Below are positions 50,386 through 62,800 of a DNA stretch of 64,000 nt, piece after piece. Both the position numbers and the translations under genes were made by a program. Positions within the stretch are counted from its first letter, which is position 1. Each line of letters starts with the position of its first letter. The stretch is from Adineta vaga. Its lineage: Eukaryota > Animalia > Rotifera. The notes under the pieces are model-generated. The model was not told where the DNA came from. It worked only from the letters and a program-made list of their open reading frames with translations, and searched no databases. The DNA lies in assembly GCA_021613535.1 (NCBI GenBank), contig CP075492.1, positions 16,306,001 through 16,370,000 of the forward strand, read 5' to 3'.

Positions 50386-52743
50386 TTCGTATATTTTAAA
50401 TGGATAAAGACTCACAAATACTAGATTCAGCAGAACTTCAGACAAGTTCCGATTATGAGATGTGTCTCATTAGTTCTCGTATTGCTTCTTCTAGCAAAGA
50501 TCAAACGTAACTACAAAACAGTTTCATTCTCTAATATTCAGGTACACCGAAACGTCAGTTCAATTATCTCTTGATTAAAATGGGTGTCAAAATTGATAAA
50601 TACAAACGAGATGGAAATTCTAATCCTAATGGAGAAGAAAAGCGTGAAAAGACGAGAAGAATTCTTTTTTTTCTTCTTAATTTTGTTTGAATAAATGATA
50701 TTCTAATATTCTCCTCTATTTTTGTATTGAAAAATGCCTTATCGTTTCTGTTTATCTATCGTCATTCGCATTCTATGTTTAGAAAATGAGAGTGTATTTT
50801 TGAATAGAAAGAATAAGATTTCATTTTATTAGTATTCACAATGAACACAAAGAGAACTTCTCGGATAAAATCCTTGAAAGACGAATCTCAAATAAATGAG
50901 TTTTTCTTCATAATTAATATTATAATCTCATTATTAAAATGTGTATATTCAGTAAGTCAACAATGACGGTGGAGTGTGGATGAGGGTTCAAAGGATACTT
51001 ACACCCACACCCTCACCCTCGAGATGGTTTCAAACCTGATATCATTGCCTGACTTAGTCTTTCCATTCTGATTTCGTGTAACGGTAAACATGTCTGCACT
51101 TGGATCAATAGCTGTGGCATAGTCGAAGAAGATCGAAAGATCTCGCGTTACATTACTAGGCCCGCGTCCAACAACAAAAAATTGATTAAATCGGTTTCCG
51201 GTTCTGCCATGATATTTTAGTACAATATCGTAAAGTTGTTTTGAATACGACTCTCGTTCAACATCGTAGGTCTAAGCTAGTACATCAGTATATGATCGAA
51301 ATGTAGGATCTGTTGGATTTTTTGATGATATTGTGTTCAGTTGTTCTAAAATCGACGGCAGATATATTTGGACAAGGTAATTTTTTTAACACAGCTTTGG
51401 TTCTCAGAGATAATTTACAAGACCAATATAGCTCTGATGAAAACATACGATGATTTTCTTTGGGAATATTTACCGACTAGTTAAATTTGTATTTAAAGAT
51501 TGATAAGAACTACTTCGTTTCTTCTTCATCTGGTACTGACGTTACTCATTTAAAAAGAACATCTTCTCTGTGTTTAAAGCCTATATAGCAGAAGATAACT
51601 CGTAAAGAAATAGATGAGCTAGAATGGATGACTTTCAAAGCTTTTGTTAATGTGAATCTGTCTAACATAGATGGTGGTTTGCATTGTTATTTCCTGAATC
51701 AGGTATTAGTCCAACTAACCATTTTTATGTTACAGAGTAAAACGAAAAAATAGTTTGATTCTTTGATTATCATGGAGCACTGTGTAGGTGATAGTGCGAT
51801 ATATCAGATAAAACGAGTTATTATAGTATCAGCTTAATGGTGTGAGAATGTTTTTTCACTTGAAGGTTTCACCTAACCTTAAAACTTCGAGATTTTTCAA
51901 TAGAAACACAACTTTTATGTGTAGACAGTACCATTGACTGATATTTCAACACACCCTCTCGATTTGATTTCTTGCATCGAATAAATTTCGTATTGTATCT
52001 GGAATTTGAGACAGACTTTTCACTTGTTGGTGGTTATTATACTTGAGTATGGATATTCATAGTTTGATTTGTGATGGTATTGTCTTCTCGATGAGTGGTA
52101 GTGATGTGAATTCCTCTTGTTATTATTGTGCATGCGAAAGATTTCCTGAAAATTTGCTTTCAGATCGTCGACACATATGTTAGCTTGTTTAATCTGTTTG
52201 TTGAACTGTTGAAAAAGTGGTGATACAGTATCTATCACTTAGTTTTTAACATTTACTAAAATTTCTCTGAATACTTCGTTTATAAATTTATTCGAATCAC
52301 TTAATCGGACTTCATACGACATATACGTCTACATTAGAATGAAAAAAATATCATTGAATCGAAATTATAATAATTCGACCTATTACTAATGTATGCTATT
52401 TATGTGATGTCTTTGTCAAACAATTTTCTATTGAACCTTCTATTCTATTCTATTTCATAGATATTGATGAAAGTTTTAGCGAAACTCACGTTAATTGATT
52501 CATTATATGTTGGTATTTATTTTTATTCGCAAAATTCTGTTAAATTCCGATGCACGATACGATTCTTCTGATAAACACCCGTCTTTTGTCAGTCGATAGG
52601 AAGACATGAGTATGTACAATTGACGGTATTTCCACATTCAGAGACATTAGAACTATACAAGTATGGAATTTATTAAACAGTTATGTGAGAGAATTATATT
52701 ACTTTAACAACAATAAAAGATCTCAAAGTGACGTTTATTTAAA

Positions 52744-52809
52744 TTGAGGGTGAGGATGTGGATGTGGGTGTATATATTACAACTATCTAACATCCACACC
52801 CACACACCG
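52744..52809. repeat. Head-to-head telomere-like mini-palindrome (representative of ~12 in the window)
   Basis: ttgagggtgaggatgtggatgtgggtgt, ~20-nt spacer, acatccacacccacacacc. Confidence 0.75.
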
Positions 52810-53102
52810 CTTTGTTAACGAACGAAGAGGATTAATCACAATTGAATCATTGTGAAATAAGACAGAAACCCTCATATACTTTCTGCATGCGGACAACATA
52901 GAAACTGGACTAGAAGAAAAGAGTTTTATTTTTGTTCTGCAGTCAGTGAATGGAATAGAACGGAACAGAAAAAAAACATTTTTATGTAACTTCACAACAA
53001 ACAACTCACACGCATGTATTTAAATAGGTTATTTCATATAAGTACACTGTGATTTCAACATCGTTTCGCTGGATACAAAATAAGAATACGTTATCGATAA
53101 AA

Positions 53103-53460
53103 ATGAGCAAGACTAACAAGAAAGCATCATCGTCAACTACGGCTCAAATGCAACAAGTGTCCAAATCATCTGGCAAGTCTAGAAATAAGTTCGAAATGTT
53201 TGTTAACTATAAAAATCTACATGATAGTAATCGAATACTTTGCTCTAGACAAAAAATCCACTGGTACAGTCCAGCAACCAATGCATTTTCCTGAAAAGGT
53301 ACCTGGTTGTAACGGTCATGCGTGTAATAAATGTGGCAAATGTCGTGATTGGTATTATGATGGTGATCGTTGGGTACTACATGATGCTGGAACATGTGCC
53401 GGTGGTCATGGTAGCGTCAATGAACGTGTCGTTTGGGTTCTTGATTCTTGCGAATGTTAA
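53103..53460 (+). CDS. Small Cys-rich protein, 2 exons
   Basis: MSKTNKK...SS exon joined through a GC-AG intron (53173-53248) to ...GCNGHACNKCGKCRDW...CEC; AATAAA shortly after the stop. Confidence 0.55.
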
Positions 53461-55364
53461 TTCTAATCTTAAAAAGGATCTTTATTAAACAGTAAATAAA
53501 AAGAGCAAACAAAAACTAGAAAGAAGAATTGATTTCGCTCGTAAAAACGTTTTTTCAAAAAATTAATTTGAACTATCAAAATACTGATATATTGAGGGTG
53601 TGGGTGTGGGTGCTAGTGAGAACAGGCGTGAGACTGAGGGTGACCGTGAGCGCGAGTTTGCCGATGATATGGAGAACGACATTGTTGGAAGCGATAATAT
53701 ATCAATCTGTTTCTGAAATTCTTGTTATGTCTGTTCGTTTGGATTCTATGACGAAAAAAACTGAAATACGATGGTTGTGTAATTGTCGTTGAGCTTCTTT
53801 AATCATTATTTAAGCGACAAAAATAATTGAACATCCAAACTGACCGCATCCAATTGCAGGAAATGCGATGCTTTGATATTTGTCCTTTGTTGCTTTTTCT
53901 ATTGCAATACAAACGAATGTCCCGATAGATTGTTCAAGAAGAAATCCACGAAAACTTCTTTTCCAAAAAAGGAAGTAAACCATTTTTGATCTGAGCTACC
54001 TCTCAGTATCCATATGGCAACGACAGAATATCGTGAATTTTGCTTCGATTCTGCATTGAAATACAATCTAAAATTATCTCTAACAGGTTTACAGACAGCT
54101 TCAAACATAGAATCTGATGAGGAATTAGCAACGATAACTTGCCAAAATAACTTACATCGTATGTTGTTGGATGTCTTTCAGGTCTAATACTTCCTGATCC
54201 TGCAGCCTAAAACAAAAATCATTTTTATGAACAATCAAAACATACAAGCTGAATCCATATTCAGAGTTTAAATGAGCATGGAAGCAGAAAAATCTAAGAA
54301 CTTTCTTTTTCGATATGTTCGTGTTCGATAGAAAACTGACTTAGAAGTTTGCAAAAATTTGTAATGAAAATACTGCAGAAAACGACCGAATATATTACGT
54401 TTTCCAACGGGATGAGGAGATAAGAATGTCAGTCAGTATCTCTATCCATTATCACCTTCACTTTCTGCCGTTGTTCTTCGGTGAATTAATATCAGTATTT
54501 AGTGAAGTTTATGGACTCTCTTTCTACAGTGTTATACATGACATTGTTTCGTCGAGAATGCCTTTTTTTTATAGCCCTACAAAACAAATAACATTTTATC
54601 TTATGTATATATAGCGGTCAATAAGAGAATCTAGCTGAGTTTCGAATAGCTTTATAGTTCGTACTTTGATAACAAAAAGCAAAAAGATAAACATTATGAG
54701 TTTAATATTAATCTCCTTATTCAATATAATAATTTGCATGGTTGTGGTTTGCGGGATATCGAACTATTGATTGAAATAAAAAGGAAACAACGTCTATTGG
54801 ATTAAATGTTTTTCACGAGCAATACGTTTAGGAAGGACATTGAATGATTGGTTGAAAATTAATTACGAAATTTTTATCTTTTACTTTCTATTTTCTTGTT
54901 TATTTGCGGTTATTTATATCGTAACATTTCTTAGGTTTATTTTCGACAAAATGCAAATGTCGAAAATATAATATTGATGTTTTCATAGAATAATAAACAC
55001 GTTTACGATTGATATTTATACTAGTATTGATTTATTGAATCTTAAAAATTGATAAAAGTAATAATTGAGTATTATATTTCGTTCGAAGAACTTCATTTGA
55101 CATTAATGCTAATGTGTCACATTCTACTCTTGAGAGGAAAAGAAGAAAAGGAAAGAAAAGAAAATCGAGCATTTATTTTTGTTATTTCTATGTATTTATG
55201 ACGTTCTCTGTAGAATACATATCCAAGAAAGCTAATGTTAACTACCACCCACCCACAAACAACACAACAATCTACTGAAAGCATCGTCTTAATATTTTTT
55301 TCTCGATATTACTGTAAGATAAATTGACAAAGAATAATACACGAGACTCTTCTTTATACTAAAC

Positions 55365-55889
55365 ATGATGTTAAAACACACCGTTTTCTTCATCATTTTG
55401 TTCTCTCATGGTTTTATTGAATTAATCAACAGCTGTAGTTGTGTCGGTGATATTCCATTGGAAAAGAGTTTTGCTGATGCAACACATGTATTCATTGGTA
55501 AAGCTATTAGAACAGCACCGGGAACGACCCGAAATGAATATCGAATAACATTTCTACTGGATAAAGTGTTTAAAGGTTTGATACCATCTAACGGTCGTAT
55601 TATTGCATCAACACCTTATGAATCAGCAGCTTGTGGTGTATCTATTCGTGCAGGAGAAAACTGGCAAGTTTGGGCAACTGGAAGTGATGATGCTTTGCAA
55701 ATCTCTTCATGTAGTAAAACAACAAATGAAACAACACGAAATATTGATTTTCTTAATAAATATGCTTCACCCCGATCTCCTTCGAATCTTCATGTTTCAT
55801 CAACATCTCGATGTCAAAATTCATTAATAATTACGATTACATCGTTCTTCGTTCTTATTGGATATCATTTATTCTCTCTCGATAAGTAA
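55365..55889 (+). CDS. TIMP-like/NTR single-domain protein with C-terminal hydrophobic anchor
   Basis: Signal peptide then CSC; A..VFIGK, V.KVFKG-like motif, SAACGV, SSCS; Ser-rich linker and hydrophobic tail; intronless. Confidence 0.8.
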   Translation: MMLKHTVFFIILFSHGFIELINSCSCVGDIPLEKSFADATHVFIGKAIRTAPGTTRNEYRITFLLDKVFKGLIPSNGRIIASTPYESAACGVSIRAGENWQVWATGSDDALQISSCSKTTNETTRNIDFLNKYASPRSPSNLHVSSTSRCQNSLIITITSFFVLIGYHLFSLDK

Positions 55890-56611
55890 CAAATCGTATA
55901 ATCCGTTTTTTTTCTCGCATATAAAACTCATATTTATGCGTCACATACCAATATATCAATTCTTTTGTCAATTCAGACAAAAATTCTGTTTGTTTTTCTT
56001 CTATCCTTTTTCTGTCTTAGTATCATTATCTACCACATACATATTTTTTTTTCTTCTTTCCTGCTATTCCTCGTCTATTCCCCGCAACTATTTTTCCTTC
56101 TAGATGTATTTGACATTTTCCTCTACTATACGAAGAAATAATGACGGCAAATGCTTATTCATAGAACGTAAGAAAATATCATAAACATCATGTCTGTACA
56201 ATAATCTAGAACATGTGTATCATATCAGTACACAATTTCCGCTTGATTCATTATATTAAAGATTAAATAAAATATGAATAGATTTTCTCTTTTATTGAAA
56301 ATTCATCTTTAAGAACAAATCTATGTACTTTAATATACAATCATAACGTAATGTGTCAGATATGATAAATGTCTTTAAATATTGGAAATATTTCTTATTC
56401 AACTTTGAAAAAGATAATGAAACTAAATGAGTAGAAGTTTGAACTGCATATCTTTCATCAATTTACACATTGCTATACATTGTATTTAAGAACATAAAAT
56501 CGTAAGTAATTGAATTTGTTTCTAATTAACATATTTGCTTCATTATCATATTAATAATCGACAATAATCGAAATATTTCCAATTGTTATATTGACATTAT
56601 TTTAATCATCT

Positions 56612-56760
56612 TTAACCAGCTGTAGCAAGAATTTTTCCTGATTTAAGCATCATTGTGGTATGAGAAGAACGTTTTTCTGGCATACCATCAATAGTTGTCC
56701 ATTTGCTCGTCAATAGATCATATAATTCACAACTAGATAAAAAGTTTGCATCTCCTATAC
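56612..56760 (-). pseudogene. Isolated Kelch repeat fragment
   Basis: LSSCELYDLLTSKWTTIDGMPEKRSSHTTMMLKSGKILATAG followed by a stop. Confidence 0.65.
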
Positions 56761-57134
56761 ACCTCCAGTGACAAGCACTCGACCTCGAACTGAGTAAAAT
56801 TGCAGTGCGAACACCAAGAGATAGTGCCATTTTTGCAGCATGAACAAGCATACCTGATCCACCTTCATTCGACACTCTAAAATGAAATGAAACCATCTTG
56901 TTTACAAGAATGCTGAGGAACTCCTATGATATATTGGTGTACCTCAGCTATACATAATTCTGTCGATTTCTTGACTTGGAAATAAACAATGTATGGACAT
57001 TATAGGCTTCCACTATTTTGTTAGAGATTCATCGATGACCTTGAAAATAAAACGTCTAGAGCGGAAAAAGTTCAAATAGGATTTTTATTAACTGTAGAAA
57101 AAATATTTGTTACTCTACGCAAAAAATTATTGGT

Positions 57135-57693
57135 TTAGTCTTGCGATAAGTCATACAGTTTCACCAATTCCGATGCCTTACGATTGAATTCTGGTCTATT
57201 GAATTCGTATTCGACAGCAATCTCTTGAAAAATAAAAGAAACAAATTAGGTTCTTTTATAAAATGAAATAAAACAATTTACCATGATTCACTGCATGATC
57301 AAGTTTAGGATTATCAATCAAAAACGCAATACGTTTGATAATATATAGAAGTGGTGTTGTTGGTTTATGTTCTTCACCTTCATAAAGCAACTGATCACAT
57401 ATTTTTCCATCAGAGTCAACGTTTGGATGATAAATTTTTTTAACAAATCGAACTTCCGGTGCTTTGAAGGGATATTCTGAAAGTAATTTAATTTCGATTT
57501 GAAACGCAGCTTGATTAAAAATCTTCGGACTTGATAATATTCTTCCAAGGATGATGATTGGTATTGCGCCTGGTTCATCATCCAACGATACACGATCAAG
57601 ACGAAATCCTCCTACTGATAGATCAGTCCAATTTAATGGCATTCGTAAACTATCGATCTCACGAATTACGCGTAGATTTGTGCGTTTGGTCAT
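57135..57693 (-). CDS. Ubiquitin-conjugating enzyme E2 (UBE2L3/L6-like), 2 exons
   Basis: EYPFKAPEVRF..KIYHPNVD.DGKIC with the catalytic Cys; second exon EIAVEY...FNRKASE. Confidence 0.9.
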
Positions 57694-58347
57694 CCTTCAA
57701 TTGTTCGCTTCAGTTACAATAAATTCGAAAAAGAAAAAGTTTTCTGTCAATATATGCTCTCATTCTTTTTATCTTTATATAGACATAGTAAAACAATATT
57801 TGTTAAGGAGTTTTCAAATGGTTGTTGGATTTTATCATCATAAAAAGAAGAAAAATAGAGAAAATCGCTTGTAAAAGACAAAAAAACTTGAGCGTGTTTT
57901 TTATTTGTTGACAATCAAACTATCACTCTCTGAGTGAAAGATCGTCAGACATTTGTGGAATGTATGTGACAGTCGTTATTCAGACGTGAAAAATCTAATT
58001 ATCGCATAGATTTCACCATTCATATTGGAAGTAAAAAAGGACCTCGCACTTGGTGAGAAACAGTTACCCTCAGATGATGAAACGATTATGCTTTTTCTTA
58101 TATAGAATATGTTCGATTGTTGCACAATGTGTTATTTACAAGAAATGTACAGACGAATTCTCAACTTCTTATATCTTGTCTTAGAATTTGTTACAGTATG
58201 ATTCAACTACTCATAAGATTGTATTAATGAACCAATATGCTACAAATAGGAGGCCAAGTGCTAGGATGTGGATGAAGAAGTGATATTCTCATTCTTTCTA
58301 TTTTTATTAGATTTACACATAGAAAAAGAAAACAGTCATAATGATAG

Positions 58348-59109
58348 TTAGTTAGATGTGTTAGTATACACTTCTAATTGATTAGCAATATGTTGATTTT
58401 GTTTAATAATTGGTTTTTGTTTGCGTTGTCGTGAAGTTGTATTGGGCAATGGTATTTGATTTGATTCTTTTCCGTACGCTATATATCCATGATTATGAAG
58501 ATATTTACGTATATCTTCTTTAGTAATCTCGCCATCTGGAACAGTTCGCCATTCTTTAAGAAAATGTGAATGAATTTGTAAATTAAATTTCTGATCATTG
58601 TAAATCAAAACTTCTTCTTTATTATTTCCAGTATATCCAACAATTTTTTCTTTTTCTTTTAATCTTCTGATGATCCAATCTGCATTTATGATTGAATCTT
58701 GGACATCTTCAACAGTTATTTGTTTATCATAAGTTTCATAATGAGTTTTGAAAACATTAAGAACTGTTCGTACTTGTCGTCCTTGATCACATTTGAGTTG
58801 TAATGGAGATTTATAATGAAACTTTATAGAATTATCAAAGAATTTCATATCGATACGTCGATTATTAGGAAGAGCTTCAGAAATTAACCATTGTTTTGTT
58901 TTAGAATCTAGTGAAAGATTTTCACATTGTTCTAAAATTTCATCCAAAGTTAAATGAACTGAATCAGGATTTTTAAGATAATATAATCGCAGAAATTCAA
59001 TAATTTTAGCTAATTGTCGATTTCTATCTTGCATTGAATTCTGATTTGATGTATTACTTAATCGTTTCAATGATTTTTGCTTAGGTTTTTGCTGTGCGAA
59101 GGAAGTCAT
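58348..59109 (-). CDS. GTF2E2: Transcription initiation factor IIE subunit beta homologue (divergent, intronless)
   Basis: LAKII..L, HLTLDEILE, KQWLISEAL.NN..I, F.KEWR and C-terminal N.HI...L..Y match TFIIE-beta motifs as I know them. Confidence 0.8.
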   Translation of the reverse strand: MTSFAQQKPKQKSLKRLSNTSNQNSMQDRNRQLAKIIEFLRLYYLKNPDSVHLTLDEILEQCENLSLDSKTKQWLISEALPNNRRIDMKFFDNSIKFHYKSPLQLKCDQGRQVRTVLNVFKTHYETYDKQITVEDVQDSIINADWIIRRLKEKEKIVGYTGNNKEEVLIYNDQKFNLQIHSHFLKEWRTVPDGEITKEDIRKYLHNHGYIAYGKESNQIPLPNTTSRQRKQKPIIKQNQHIANQLEVYTNTSN

Positions 59110-59806
59110 TCAATCAGATTTAGTAGTAACTGAAAGTATCGTTTTCTTTCTTTGTATACTGCAATATATTTATTTATGTCTTGACACATTCTATATAAAA
59201 CGACAGGAAAGGAAAAAACGAATATGTGTCATACAAAATTACTGTTTTTTTCCTTTGACTCATAAAATATATTAAGTGTATAGGTAAAAATAATGAAAAA
59301 GAATAATACCTATTTTCCCCACTAAAATAACATATGACTACATCTCTTCAACTATTTTTTTTTTTATTAAATAGAAAGAAAAAAATGATAACATGTCGTG
59401 CACAGTAGACTATACAAGATATTCACATTTCATATGTAATACCGTTTATTCCTACAAATATGAATGCTTCTTTGCATAAATTACAAATTGAATTGATTTA
59501 TCAAAATCCTTAATAATCTTGAACCAATACAAATTTTTCGGTCATTTTTTAATATGTTGAGGGTGGGGTGTGGGTGTGGGCGTGAATGCATTTTCATCTT
59601 TTATAATGACGAAGCTTTAAATGGTTTTTCGAACTTAATTAAAATCTGTTTATCTGGATAAATAAGTAGCAATTACACCCTCGCCTCATTCTCAAGAAAA
59701 GTCAATTAATTGAAATGATGTTCAAGCGGAGAAATTGTTTTTTAAATTCAATCAAAATTCTATTTGAGCTAAACATAGAAATATATCTTGTTCTTCAAGT
59801 AAGGTT

Positions 59807-62800
59807 CTATAGCATCTGATGACAGCATACCATATCATCCATCAAATGAGTATCCTATCGATGTAACCATTTAAAATCTTGATATTTATGATAGTTAAAC
59901 ATGCATTCACGTCGACACGCATCTTCAATGAGTGAACGCCAATCCATATTGATCTAATTAGTAATGAATTATTTATCAAATAGTTCATATATTAATGAAT
60001 GAAACGTACATTTAATGATTTCGCATGTCCAATGATATACACAGCATATTTGCCTCGAGTCACTGCTACATTGAGTCGACGTCGATCAGCTACAAATCCA
60101 ATACTCCGTCGTCTAGATTTGCCATTATTTGCACGAACAGTTGAAATCAAAATTATATCTTTTTCTCGTCCTTGGAATCCATCAACCGTCCCTATAATAT
60201 AGTTTATAAAAGATCATTGAAACACGTTAAAAGAAATAGATTATTTTCTGTAATTACCAATGTCTAAATACGGACTAATTTGATTTGTAATTAATATCGA
60301 CTGTGCTCGATACGGAGTGATGATTCCAATAGATGAAAGCTGAATTGAAGCTCGTTCTGTTAAGTATTGAATAAGTTCGACAATACACTTAGCTTCTGCA
60401 CGATTAAAATAAGATTGAGAGATGACATCGAGTTCATCTTGACTATTGACGACATTAATGAAGCCATAATGTTTCAGATGAAAACTTGCACTACATAGAA
60501 TTTAAAAATGAAACAATACTATACCGATGTATTTTGTTAAAGCTAACCGTTCTTCTTGTATAGATTTATCGGTCAAAAGTTGTCCATTGTAGATATAAGT
60601 CGACGGAAATCGACATATTGACTCTGCCATTCGATATTACTAAAATAATTAATATACAGATGGGTTTTCAAGAAAATCACTTTTCATCTAATTATTTACA
60701 TCCCGAATCAGCTATTTTATAAAATTATTCATCAATAATCGGAACTATTCACGATCATCTCTCAGACTGATTAGAGTTCGAAGAAAAGTAGTGTACTTAC
60801 GATTTTTAGCATATGTATTATGTCGGTGGATTTAAAGGCAATATAGAGACGTTCAATAAGTGATTGTCGAAAATTGGCATTTTGTGCTCTTTGTGATAGA
60901 ACAGTGGGTGGTAACTGCTCAGGATCACCAAAAAGTAATACACAGCGGATCATTAAACGTAATGGAATAAATGTATCGATTTCGAGACATTGTCCCGCTT
61001 CATCAACAATCAAACAGTCAAACCATGGAGATTGATTTATATCACGACAAAATGGATCAAAAATTGGATTTCCAACGTAGTTTAACGTAGATACAACGAC
61101 ATCGGCTATTTCTATATCTCGTTGTTTTCGTAACTTCAAATCTATTTGACATGTATTTTTCGACGAATAGAATTCTAATTAAGATAAGATAAATAAAATT
61201 CATAAAAGCTTTTCTATCAGTACAATACCTAACGGTGAAAGTTGGTCAACGATCTCTTTGAGCACTGTTGACTTAAACAAAGATACACTGGAAGTGTCAG
61301 TATATTCATTATGACCAACACGAGCTACTATGAGATCTGAATAAACAAAAAGAGAATGTAAGTATATAGATAATTCCTATATTAGCTCGATTGACCATCA
61401 ATTTTTGACAGTTTTTGTGCAAGTTCATCACAAGTGTCATTAGAAGGAGTGCATACAAGAATACGCAATTTTTTCTGTCGTCTCTGGAAATTCCATTTCT
61501 AAAACACTCATTCAGATATGTTTCCATAAATCATTGATAATATAGAAAATGGTTTTTACTTGATTTATTGAATGTATAATATTAACAATTGTATGAGATT
61601 TGCCTCAAATATAAACTTGTTAATAAATTGGGAAAAAAACTGAAATATTTTTCTGTATCTGTGCCTGGAGGTCCTTGTACCACGTACATTCGAGATGCAT
61701 TCCATTGTGATTGGCATATAACCGATGTAGCTTCATTTATCACTTGATATTGAACTTCATTCATTGCCTTAAATCAATTTTACAGAATTTTCCTCATGCG
61801 CTCCATAAAAGAAAGATTGCGATAAGTTTATCAAATGTAGAATTTAACAACTTTACGGCCTTTACTAAAGTTCTAGAATACAATCACTTTTCTTACTTCA
61901 CTATTCGTGACATCGAACGGCACTTGGTTTGATGGGTTAATCACGAAGATACTATCATTGACTGAAGGAGAGAGAAGTTCTGTAACCAAAGGAAACGATG
62001 GAAGCATAGCTAATGTTCGGAAACGGCGTAAATTAGAAACGAGCGATCCAATCACCTATTTAAAATAAAAGAATATTCTTTTGAATCTTTTGGAATTTCT
62101 TCTGCACTGACCTGTACTTGAATATTTGAATTAGTAATCAACGGTAAATATTTCAAAGCAATATAGATTGTCAGTTCCTTACACATGATTTCTGCTGGTT
62201 TAGTGTGCAAGCGAGCATCGAAAACTATATGACAATTTATCAGAAATCGATCTTAAATATCTACACATGCTTACCTAAGCGTGGATAAATGAATTTATGA
62301 TTAAAAATACATATTTTCTTTTGTTGTAAACCAAAAAACTGCTGATTATGCGAAACCGTGATAAGTAGAAGATCATCGGATTTTGGTTGCATCGGATCAT
62401 CAATTTTAAAAAGACCTGCATAATAAATCATGATTTATATCTATGAAAATCCATTAAAATTCTTACATTGACAATGTAATTCCATCAAACCAACCTTTAA
62501 TTTCTCTTCTGTTCGAATTATATATAAGTTAAATATCATTGATGGTTTACTATCATTTTCTTGCAAACGTTCTTGATTATCTTGTTTTATCTAGACACAA
62601 TAATAGCAGTTAACTTTGTCTAGGATCAATGTTTACATACATTTTCCCATGTTTCTGCAAGAAGCCAAGGTAAATGTGCTGATTCGTAATCACTAAACGA
62701 TGCATATTGGTCTTTTACTGGAGTCGGTGAACGACCACAGAGACAATAATCTTTGTACAAAATAACCGGTCTCAGATCTTCAAAAAGAAGAATGTTATAT

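Larger units (their letters stand above)
45341..51020 (+). repeat. Segmental duplication, copy 2
   Basis: Collinear with 2040-8625, lacking the foldback insert and two small segments. Confidence 0.97.

Noticed and set aside
51050-52330. Stop-interrupted minus-strand coding-like stretches
   Set aside because: Probably a decayed gene or retroelement, but I recognise no motif, so no call is made.
53770-54210. Possible pseudogene remnant on the minus strand
   Set aside because: Short, interrupted and unidentifiable.
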